From a virus, in the IMG/VR virus record IMGVR_UViG_3300033155_002072: 20,428 bases of DNA. The stretch is one strand, 5' to 3'. Numbering within the stretch: position 1 is the stretch's first letter; each line of letters starts with the position of its first letter. Under the pieces are notes generated by a model. That model was not told the DNA's origin, made no database searches, and saw only the letters and a list, made by a program, of their open reading frames with translations. The position numbers were made by a program, and so were the translations under genes. This document shows positions 1-6,830 of the stretch, piece after piece.

Positions 1-453
1 CTTGCAGGCCTTGGCACCGTCTGCCATCGAGGGATTGCTCTCGGCGATCACCCGGCACTGCTCCATGGCTTCGGCGATAATATCCTCGCGGCTATCTCGG
101 GATGGCGGAAGGGCGGCCTGCTTGCCGGCGTCGAATCCCCTTTGGTAGGCAGCATTGAGCGACTGGTCCATCGTCCGGAGAGCGCTGTTATAGCCCCGTT
201 GGTAGCTCTGGCTAGTCGCGCGCTCCACCATCGCCTGGGACTCTCTCAGGCCCTGCTGGTACCCCGTCTGATGTGCCTCCTGTAGAGCGTTGCTCGAAGG
301 TGCGACTTGCAGGGCGTGGTCCCAGCCGCGTCGTGCAGCCTCAACTGCGACATCGGCACGATACTGCATAAGGGGGTCCTGTTCCTGCCCCCGTGGCACC
401 AGCTCCATGTATATCTGGCGAGCGAGCGAATCAAATCTAGGATCGTTGTACAC
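1..453 (-). CDS. Hypothetical protein with repeated (A/S)YQxGxxxG motifs (FliH/Yae1-like glycine repeats); runs off the left edge
   Basis: Manual translation from GTG at 453: MYNDPRFDSLARQIYMELVPRG...AHQTGYQQG...SYQRGYNS...AYQRGFDAGKQ..., open to position 1. Overlaps the stop of the 437-1111 gene. Not in the supplied ORF track. Confidence 0.75.
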   Translation of the reverse strand, partial: MYNDPRFDSLARQIYMELVPRGQEQDPLMQYRADVAVEAARRGWDHALQVAPSSNALQEAHQTGYQQGLRESQAMVERATSQSYQRGYNSALRTMDQSLNAAYQRGFDAGKQAALPPSRDSREDIIAEAMEQCRVIAESNPSMADGAKACK

Positions 454-1111
454 GGTAGAAGTCGACTTCGTCTTCGTTGTTTTTCTCAAAGATGGCCTGC
501 TGCCGCTTAGAGAGCCCGGTTACATTATAGACTATATCCTGAGGATATCGTGCAATCATGCGGGCGACGAAATCAAATCGTTCGCCGGCTTCCTGGCGTT
601 TCGCCTGTTTTCGAGACAGGCCAATCGATCCCCCCGCAATAGTCTTGAAGGGCTCTATACCTCTTCCCATGTACACGGGCCTCCCGGTCTCCGGGTCCAA
701 TTCGGTTGGACGCCCAAGCGCCTTGAATCTCACCGACTCTTCGCTGGGTGGCTCAGTGCCCACGGCCCCCCATCCTTTCCTCGCACCGGCAGTAAGCTGT
801 TCCCTGGCCCGCTGGTCTTTGAGAATGCCGCCCGGCGTAAGCGCATCAAGGTCGCCCAATTCGTCCCTCAGGGCCGAAACTCTTTGGTTCATCCGGGCAA
901 TCGAACGCTGCCATTTCTTGATCTCGCAAATTAGGTCGTCCTGCGCATCATCCGTTAACCCCACTCCTGCCTCTAGGCGCTCGCTCGCTTCCTCCGCCTT
1001 CCTCTGGAGGAAGGGGATGCCCATTTGGACATCGGACTCGATCTTCTCAATGGACCTGCGGATCTCGACCTTGCGGTCGGAGACGTGGGCTTGAAGGGTT
1101 TTAGGGGGCAT
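437..1111 (-). CDS. Hypothetical protein with N-terminal coiled coil
   Basis: 224-aa ORF in a tightly overlapped leftward operon; helical, charged composition; no recognised motif. Confidence 0.75.
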   Translation of the reverse strand: MPPKTLQAHVSDRKVEIRRSIEKIESDVQMGIPFLQRKAEEASERLEAGVGLTDDAQDDLICEIKKWQRSIARMNQRVSALRDELGDLDALTPGGILKDQRAREQLTAGARKGWGAVGTEPPSEESVRFKALGRPTELDPETGRPVYMGRGIEPFKTIAGGSIGLSRKQAKRQEAGERFDFVARMIARYPQDIVYNVTGLSKRQQAIFEKNNEDEVDFYRVQRS

Positions 1112-1760
1112 CGAACACGTCCTCTTCGTCGAAGAGCTTCTGAACGCCTTTCTTGAGCTTGATGGCGTCGGACTTCTTCTTCGCGGCTTCTACCGCAGGG
1201 TAGTCAGCGATTTCCACCTTGTGCTTTTGGCTAGGGTGGGCGGCATCGATCTTGTCTGCGATGAACTCGAATCCGTCGGAGATCTGGACCTGCTGCTCGA
1301 TAACCGCCTTGCCAAGCCTGTTTATCTTGGCCTCGGCGCTCTGTAAGCGAATCTCAATGGTCTCGCTGGATGTACCCACGGCCCTGATGACGGGCTCGGC
1401 CTCTTTTCGTATCTCATCGTCCGAGGGGGACCTCAGGGCCGTCCAGATGCCTACGCCGCCACCAGATGTGACGATGGCCACCAGGAAGACCACCAGGCGT
1501 GTAAATGCCCTTGAGCGACGTGTGCGCTCCTCGGAGCCCTCCACCTGGAGGTCCAGTAGGCGCTGGATCGCCTCTTGCTGGACCTCCATCCGCTTTTGCT
1601 GGCTGTCGGTCCGGTTTGATTGCTCCCGGGTTCGGGATCGGACGACGTCAGTTTCCCGCTCAACGGCCTGTAGAATCCTCTGATTCTCCTCGCATACGCG
1701 GGCAACCTCGACCTTAATTGCCCGCGTAAGCGTGCTCTCCAGGTCCGTAAGGTCGGGCAT
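1101..1760 (-). CDS. Single-pass membrane protein with coiled coils on both sides of the TM segment
   Basis: 219 aa; hydrophobic stretch LVVFLVAIVTSGGGVGIWTAL preceded by basic RTRRSR; heptad-rich flanks; 11-nt overlap with the next gene. Confidence 0.75.
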   Translation of the reverse strand: MPDLTDLESTLTRAIKVEVARVCEENQRILQAVERETDVVRSRTREQSNRTDSQQKRMEVQQEAIQRLLDLQVEGSEERTRRSRAFTRLVVFLVAIVTSGGGVGIWTALRSPSDDEIRKEAEPVIRAVGTSSETIEIRLQSAEAKINRLGKAVIEQQVQISDGFEFIADKIDAAHPSQKHKVEIADYPAVEAAKKKSDAIKLKKGVQKLFDEEDVFDAP

Positions 1761-1780
1761 GGTAATATCTTATCACAGCA

Positions 1781-2011
1781 TCAGTAGCCCTTGATCATGG
1801 CCTCAAGGTCGTCACAGCCCCCAATATGATGTCCATCAATGAAGATCTGCGGCACAGTCATTCCCCTGCTCACTATCTGGCGCGCTACGTCCCTCTGGGC
1901 CCCTCGCGCCGTCTCCAGGTTGTAGACTGAGTAGTTGATGCCCATGCGGTCCATTATTCGCATCGCCCTGGTGCAGTACGGGCACCCTCTCTTGACGTAT
2001 ATCTCGTTCAT
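1781..2011 (-). CDS. grxC: Glutaredoxin (GrxC/Grx3-like, dithiol CPYC)
   Basis: From ATG at 2011: MNEIYVKRGCPYCTRAMRIMD...MTVPQIFIDGHHIGGCDDL. CPYC, TVPQIF and IGGCDDL are canonical glutaredoxin motifs. The track's longer 2317 start is not supported. Confidence 0.93.
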   Translation of the reverse strand: MNEIYVKRGCPYCTRAMRIMDRMGINYSVYNLETARGAQRDVARQIVSRGMTVPQIFIDGHHIGGCDDLEAMIKGY

Positions 2012-2123
2012 TAGGTCTCTCTTGCTGGCTGAGGTGGGGACACGTGGGGACGCCCAGGCCCAGCAGCGCTCCAAGTGCCACAAGGCACGCCCTGAGGGCC
2101 ATTCGCGGGCGATCCATCGTGAA

Positions 2124-2152
2124 ATTGTACCATTCGCGGCGATAGGTGGCAC
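2124..2152 (-). promoter_or_regulatory. Putative sigma70-type promoter P2 (GTGCCA-17-TACAAT, extended -10 TGn)
   Basis: Minus strand reads GTGCCA N17 TACAAT with TGG directly before the -10; predicted +1 falls at about 2117. Confidence 0.55.
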
Positions 2153-2315
2153 CAGGGGCCCAGGCGTACAGCCATGGGCCTGGGCTTCCTGGTGCCTGCG
2201 TCGCAAGGGTCGAGTGAGAGTGGGTTTCGGGGCATAGTGGGACTGGGTGGGGGCTTTACGAAAGCGGCCTGAGAACCGTTTTGCCAAGCGCTCGCGCTGG
2301 TTTGTGCGCTTAGGC
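2148..2315 (-). ncRNA. Candidate structured non-coding RNA or long 5' leader
   Basis: Lies between promoters P1 and P2, has no convincing ORF, and contains the long hairpin GGCACCAGG-GCCCAGGC/GCCTGGGC-CCTGGTGCC (2148-2196) plus GCTTT/AAAGC (about 2253-2265). Confidence 0.3.
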
Positions 2316-2321
2316 AAAACG

Positions 2322-2351
2322 AGTTTAGCATCCGGCGTGGGATGCTGTCAA
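2322..2351 (-). promoter_or_regulatory. Putative sigma70-type promoter P1 (TTGACA-18-TAAACT, extended -10 TGn)
   Basis: Plus-strand TGTCAA at 2346-2351 and AGTTTA at 2322-2327; the minus strand reads TGC-TAAACT. Confidence 0.65.
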
Positions 2352-2400
2352 GGCCAGTCAGGGATCACTAGTTAGATACTCTCTGAGGGATATGACTGGT

Positions 2401-2428
2401 GAGTACGGTAATACCTGTTACGGTACTC
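2401..2428. other. dif/Xer-like recombination site candidate (11-bp arms, 6-bp spacer)
   Basis: GAGTACGGTAA-TACCTG-TTACGGTACTC; the arms are inverted repeats with one mismatch and inner TAA/TTA flanking a 6-bp asymmetric core. Confidence 0.55.
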
Positions 2429-2492
2429 GGCGCTTCTGCCTCACCTATCTCTCGACCATTCGCCGGTGAATACCCGGTAAGGAAAACGAAAC

Positions 2493-3251
2493 ATGATGAA
2501 CATCGATATCAATGAACTCTCTCCTGCTCAACTCAAGGCTCTGGTGGAAGCCGGACTGATCAATGTCGGAGGTACGAGCGTCGCTCCAACGGAGACTGGA
2601 AAGCGCCGAACGCGATCGGATTCGGACGAGAATCTCGCGAAGAACTACTTCGATGCCAAGTTCTCGACCTACCATCTTGCGGTCAAAGAGAAGAACCCTA
2701 TCACCCGGCTCATCCTCTGCGATAAGCTCTGGAGTGAGGTAAAGCAGGATATTCGGCGATTGGCTGGATATGATGGGGTCGACTCCAAGGGTAAGCCTAA
2801 GTATAACCCCGCAAAGCACCCCATTGGCCTTAGGCACAAGGATCACCTGCCTACCGACTGGGCTGATGACGATACAAGGGGTAAAATTGAGGGTAAGCGG
2901 GTCAAGCTCTCGAACGGAATCAGGAGTTTTGGCCAGAGCGGCCCTAACTCTTACCCGTTGGTCGCTAAGCTCGTACTTGGAGAGGCGACCGATGAGGATC
3001 GGCAGATCGTCATCAATGCCCCCAACAATATCCGAGACGCGATTGTCGCTCTCTTGGCTGGAGAGGCCCATGACGATGGGTCTCTCCTCTATGCTCAGAA
3101 GGGTTCCAGGGGCGACGATCGGTATGCCTTTGATCCCATGACCAACAAAGAAGGGGTGCGAAAGCGTATGCACGAAAGCATCGGTGGGACTAAGGCAAAG
3201 AGCGAGCAAGCCCCTGAGGGTGTAGACTCTGCCAGCATCATGGCGTTCTAG
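2493..3251 (+). CDS. Hypothetical protein, first gene of the rightward arm
   Basis: 252-aa ORF with AAGGAA RBS, followed by two terminators; no recognised motif. Confidence 0.85.
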   Translation: MMNIDINELSPAQLKALVEAGLINVGGTSVAPTETGKRRTRSDSDENLAKNYFDAKFSTYHLAVKEKNPITRLILCDKLWSEVKQDIRRLAGYDGVDSKGKPKYNPAKHPIGLRHKDHLPTDWADDDTRGKIEGKRVKLSNGIRSFGQSGPNSYPLVAKLVLGEATDEDRQIVINAPNNIRDAIVALLAGEAHDDGSLLYAQKGSRGDDRYAFDPMTNKEGVRKRMHESIGGTKAKSEQAPEGVDSASIMAF

Positions 3252-3265
3252 TATATCAGGACGCC

Positions 3266-3317
3266 GCGCCCCCCTCGGGGGGCGCTTTTTTTCGGCCTGC
3301 TTCGGCGGGCTTTTTTT
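3266..3317 (+). terminator. Two tandem intrinsic terminators
   Basis: GCGCCCCC-CTCG-GGGGGCGC-T7 (3266-3292) directly followed by GCCTGC-TTCG-GCGGGC-T7 (3295-3317). Confidence 0.9.
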
Positions 3318-3388
3318 GTGCCTCAAGAATGAGGCGACCCGCCATTGGGAGACAAGTCGGCATACGGACTGTCTCCGCAAGATCAATC

Positions 3389-3435
3389 CCATTCGCCGCG
3401 GCTGGCCCATTCGCGGCGAATGGCACGAATGGGCC
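3389..3435. repeat. Cluster of four CCATTCG motifs (two direct, two inverted)
   Basis: CCATTCG at 3389 and 3407; CGAATGG at 3417 and 3426; 3407-3423 is the palindrome CCATTCG-CGG-CGAATGG. Confidence 0.7.
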
Positions 3436-3444
3436 AGGATAGTC

Positions 3445-4005
3445 ATGAAAGCAACAATCGGAAACATTCTGAAGTCTAAGGGGGCAATGGCCCCTGCGCT
3501 CCAACCCTCGAACACTGAGAGCAACCGAGTCTCCCGCGCCAATCGCCGTGGAAGGGCACATCGTAACTCCGATCGGATGCGTACCGAGGAGCTAATACGC
3601 ATGATTGAGGAGGCGGAGTATAGCGGGACTGGCGGCCTGGTAGGTCAAGACGTGGAATATGCCGATACTCGACCAGAGGAGGTGAAGGCGGAGTACCGGG
3701 CCAGTCGGCATTGTTCGGTCTGCGGCGAAAAGGGGCACGACAAGCGCAACTGCCCCAAGGTCACCGGACCCATGAGGGAACACTTCGAGATGATGAGGGA
3801 CAGGGTCATCTCAATGGCTCCAGATTCAGTGAGTTCTTTGATTGATGAGCTGAGGGAGGTAAAAAACGGGTCTACGTCAGCCCCTGTTTGGACCGAGCTG
3901 ATGAATCGGCTGGGCGGAGATAACATATGGGTGCGAGAGTATTGCGCAGTAGAGTATATGGACGAAACAGTATGGGCCGTTTGGCTCAGGAACGTAATCA
4001 GGTAG
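3445..4005 (+). CDS. CCHC zinc-knuckle-containing protein
   Basis: Start MKATIGNIL after AGGAT at ATG 3445 (the track's 3316 start lies in the terminator); CSVCGEKGHDKRNC = C-x2-C-x4-H-x4-C at 3712-3753. Confidence 0.8.
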   Translation: MKATIGNILKSKGAMAPALQPSNTESNRVSRANRRGRAHRNSDRMRTEELIRMIEEAEYSGTGGLVGQDVEYADTRPEEVKAEYRASRHCSVCGEKGHDKRNCPKVTGPMREHFEMMRDRVISMAPDSVSSLIDELREVKNGSTSAPVWTELMNRLGGDNIWVREYCAVEYMDETVWAVWLRNVIR

Positions 4006-4020
4006 AAGGAGAAAAGACCA

Positions 4021-4101
4021 ATGAGAGAAGATACAAAGATTTTTCTGGCCATGTTGGCATTCGGTGCATTCATGGGGCTTTGCGTTGGCAATGCCCTTTA
4101 G
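4021..4101 (+). CDS. 26-aa hydrophobic small protein
   Basis: AAGGAG RBS, then MREDTKIFLAMLAFGAFMGLCVGNAL*; below the ORF-track cutoff. Confidence 0.6.
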   Translation: MREDTKIFLAMLAFGAFMGLCVGNAL

Positions 4102-4118
4102 CATGGAAGGAGTAAGCG

Positions 4119-4208
4119 ATGACTGCACTGCTACTCATGAAAACCTTCCCTGGGGCCGCCGAGAAACTCCGGTGGCCCCTCATTTTTGTCGCACTGTCGG
4201 GGATGTAA
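4119..4208 (+). CDS. 29-aa hydrophobic small protein
   Basis: AAGGAG RBS, then MTALLLMKTFPGAAEKLRWPLIFVALSGM*. Confidence 0.55.
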   Translation: MTALLLMKTFPGAAEKLRWPLIFVALSGM

Positions 4209-4241
4209 TCCCTTGCATTTACAATAACCAAGGGCTAAATA

Positions 4242-4604
4242 ATGAATATGCGACTTCTCAGAACAATTCATGAGCTTGAAAAAGAGGGAATCCCCCTATA
4301 CTACCTGTCGAGCTTTCCCGCCGGCGTCGCAGTCGGCACGTATGCCGACTTAGTGGACGCAACGATAAGCGTGGTGGACGAAGCCCACCACGGGCACGTC
4401 ATTGTCGCCTGGTGCAACGGAGTCCCCAACTTGATTGGAGTCGATGTGATACACCGACCCGAGCGCCTGGACCAAACAGTCATCGTGGGCGGCAAGTGGC
4501 CGATCAACATCGCCTCCTACGCCCACTACGGCCCCCAGCGGTTCATGCAGGGATGGGAAACATATAAGAATGCGTGCCGGCAAATGCCCAGTGCGTTCGC
4601 CTAA
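4242..4604 (+). CDS. Hypothetical protein
   Basis: 120-aa ORF with a globular-looking composition, followed by a terminator. Confidence 0.75.
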   Translation: MNMRLLRTIHELEKEGIPLYYLSSFPAGVAVGTYADLVDATISVVDEAHHGHVIVAWCNGVPNLIGVDVIHRPERLDQTVIVGGKWPINIASYAHYGPQRFMQGWETYKNACRQMPSAFA

Positions 4605-4628
4605 AAAAAGCAACAGAGAGAGAAGTCG

Positions 4629-4652
4629 AGGCCCCTTGAGGGGCCTTTTTTT
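4629..4652 (+). terminator. Intrinsic terminator
   Basis: AGGCCCC-TTGA-GGGGCCT followed by a T-run. Confidence 0.85.
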
Positions 4653-4657
4653 ATGGA

Positions 4658-4978
4658 ATGAAACAGTACATCGAGATCGGTGAGCAGGAACTGCGAGATG
4701 CAGTCACCGAATACCTAGAAAAGAAGGGCATCAAGTTGAGCCCTGATCATACTATCGAAATCTTTGATGGATGCGCCACCGTCATGCTGAAGGATGGCGA
4801 TGGACCAAGTCTGAAAGATGCGATGAGAAAAGTTGTTCTCGCGACCGCGGAAACACTCAACATAAGACACCTAAGATGTGTAGACGATGCAGAGTTCTTC
4901 AAGCTCTGCAACAAAATCATGGACAAGATGGGTCGATCTGAAATCGCCTATTACACTGAGAAGGATATCAAGCAATGA
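4658..4978 (+). CDS. Hypothetical protein
   Basis: 106-aa ORF, ATGA-coupled to the next gene. Confidence 0.8.
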   Translation: MKQYIEIGEQELRDAVTEYLEKKGIKLSPDHTIEIFDGCATVMLKDGDGPSLKDAMRKVVLATAETLNIRHLRCVDDAEFFKLCNKIMDKMGRSEIAYYTEKDIKQ

Positions 4979-5196
4979 CACCAATCCCACAAGCAGCAAT
5001 CGGCGAAGACTCTCAAATGATGATCGGGGAGTTTGTCCCCCAGTGCCTTAATCGTCTCAGTGGCCTTGAGGCCGAGATGGGCAACGGAATGAGCGAAGAA
5101 AAGGCGCTGTGTGTCGTGAACACATGCGTCGGCATTATTCAGACCGCCGCTCTACTTGAGGTAGCAGCAGCATTCAACAAGATGGCAGAGCGCTAG
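4975..5196 (+). CDS. Hypothetical protein
   Basis: 73-aa ORF with an ATGA overlap with the upstream gene. Confidence 0.7.
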   Translation: MTPIPQAAIGEDSQMMIGEFVPQCLNRLSGLEAEMGNGMSEEKALCVVNTCVGIIQTAALLEVAAAFNKMAER

Positions 5197-5210
5197 AAGG
5201 AGAACACGCT

Positions 5211-6725
5211 ATGTTTGGTAAAAAGCCCACACAAACCACCACCACCACCGAGTCCGTCAAGATGCCGGGAAGCAACATTTCCCGGCATGTCGATGTAAAG
5301 AACAAGAACATCATCTTGCCGCAGGACATGCTTCTGCCGCAAGCTGCTGCTCAGATTATTGAGCAGCACAAGCAAGATGAACTGGAGGTCTGCGTCGAGG
5401 AGGAGATTCACTCCTATCCTCTCGACGCAGCCTACGCGCTGAAGACTGTGCTTGACCAGAAGTACAGTGGACAGTCCCTGACGAAGAAGCAGGGAACGTT
5501 CGGGGCACAACCCCCTCAGATGCTCGGCGTGGTCGTCGACAAAGACGAGAAGGGTGATGATGTGACGGTCCAGGTGCCCTGGGGCACCATGACTGTCATC
5601 GGCATCGCCGGGACGATCGAGACGCGGCTGACCGTTACGAAGGAGGGAAACCCCATCATGACGCTTGTTGGCAACGTCAAGCGTCGGGATGAGAAGAAGG
5701 TGCATGAACTGGCCCAGCAAGTCAGGGATATGTGCAAGAACAACTCCATCTACCGCAACTGCGCACTGGAGATTAGTTTCCCCAAGTGCGATTGGAAGGA
5801 CGTGGCGCTGACGGATTTCAATCCGAAGTTCCTTGACCTCACCAATGTCAAGCCAGATGAGCTTATCTTCTCGGATAAGCTCATGAACTCGGTGGCACGG
5901 AACATCTTCGTGCCCATCCGCTACTCGGATGCCTGCAAGAGCATTGGCACCCCGCCTAAGCGGGGCACCCTGCTTGCTGGCCCCTACGGGACTGGCAAGA
6001 CCTTGACGGCGATGGTCGCCGCCAAGTATGCGGTGGCCAACGGCTGGACGTTCTTGTACATCAAGGACCCCAGTGACCTGCCCAAGGCTGTGAAGTTCAG
6101 TGAGCTTTATGGCCGAACGGTCATCTTCTGTGAGGATATCGACCAGGCGTTCCACGGAACGAATGGTCGACGTTCTGTGGAGGATGGCACCACGGAGATT
6201 GTAAACATCGCCGATGGCATTGAGAGCAAGCATCGTGAGTTGATCATGGTGTTCACGACCAACCACGAAGAGATGATCGACAAGGCGATGCTCCGCACTG
6301 GTCGCATCGACTCTATCATCCGCTTCACCCCGCCTGACGCTGAGGCTGCACAAAAGCTGCTTCGCCAGTACGGTCGGGGCCTCATCCCTGACTCGGAAGA
6401 CCTTTCGGAGGTGGGGACCGCCATGGATGGCTTCAAGCCATCTGACATCCGGGAGGCGGTGGAGCGAAGTAAGTACGCCGCGCTCGACCGTTCGTGCGGT
6501 GACCCGAACATCTCCATCTCTGCTCAAGACCTACTGGGGGCTGCCTTCGACCTCCAGGAGCACATTGAAATGGTGACCCCGGAGGTGCCAGACGACCGCT
6601 CTGACATCGAGAAGGCCGCTGAGACGCACGCTAACGTCCTCGGGGCGTGGCTGGCAACACCATCCGTCCCGTCCGATGACGACAGGAGCGACGCCCTAGT
6701 GGACGTGGACGCATTCCACGCCTAA
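5211..6725 (+). CDS. AAA+ ATPase, classic clade (FtsH/Cdc48/BCS1-like module) with an uncharacterised ~240-aa N-terminal region
   Basis: Walker A GPYGTGKT, Walker B VIFCEDID, sensor-1 VFTTNH, second region of homology DKAMLRTGRID; AAGGAG RBS. Confidence 0.92.
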   Translation: MFGKKPTQTTTTTESVKMPGSNISRHVDVKNKNIILPQDMLLPQAAAQIIEQHKQDELEVCVEEEIHSYPLDAAYALKTVLDQKYSGQSLTKKQGTFGAQPPQMLGVVVDKDEKGDDVTVQVPWGTMTVIGIAGTIETRLTVTKEGNPIMTLVGNVKRRDEKKVHELAQQVRDMCKNNSIYRNCALEISFPKCDWKDVALTDFNPKFLDLTNVKPDELIFSDKLMNSVARNIFVPIRYSDACKSIGTPPKRGTLLAGPYGTGKTLTAMVAAKYAVANGWTFLYIKDPSDLPKAVKFSELYGRTVIFCEDIDQAFHGTNGRRSVEDGTTEIVNIADGIESKHRELIMVFTTNHEEMIDKAMLRTGRIDSIIRFTPPDAEAAQKLLRQYGRGLIPDSEDLSEVGTAMDGFKPSDIREAVERSKYAALDRSCGDPNISISAQDLLGAAFDLQEHIEMVTPEVPDDRSDIEKAAETHANVLGAWLATPSVPSDDDRSDALVDVDAFHA

Positions 6726-6830
6726 GGTAGAAGTCCTGCGCATGGTGCCTGGGGAGAGCCCAGGACGATATCCTTGTAGCACGAAACACGCAGGCAAGCC
6801 GCTGGCACACCGGTCAAAGTGTGCCCCTCT

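Noticed and set aside
290-1094. Plus-strand ORFs of 214 and 178 aa
   Set aside because: Antisense to a tightly coupled minus-strand operon; no RBS or motifs.
2011-2331. 106-aa minus-strand ORF with TAATG overlap to grx, and the 2317 N-terminal extension of grx
   Set aside because: Pro/Arg-rich, no RBS, starts at or upstream of the predicted P1 start site, and coincides with strong hairpins. Not excluded, but unsupported.
2445-3602. 385-aa minus-strand ORF
   Set aside because: Runs through two plus-strand terminators and antisense to two better-supported genes; composition is not protein-like.
4213-4241. Possible promoter TTGCAT-17-TAAATA before gene 4242
   Set aside because: -10 match is poor and ambiguous; not enough support.
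5193-6527. 444-aa antisense ORF opposite the AAA ATPase
   Set aside because: Shadow frame expected from GC-rich codon bias; no motifs, and the sense gene is unambiguous.
6735-6794. Hammerhead ribozyme (multi-stem with CGAAAC)
   Set aside because: The CUGAnGA core is absent.
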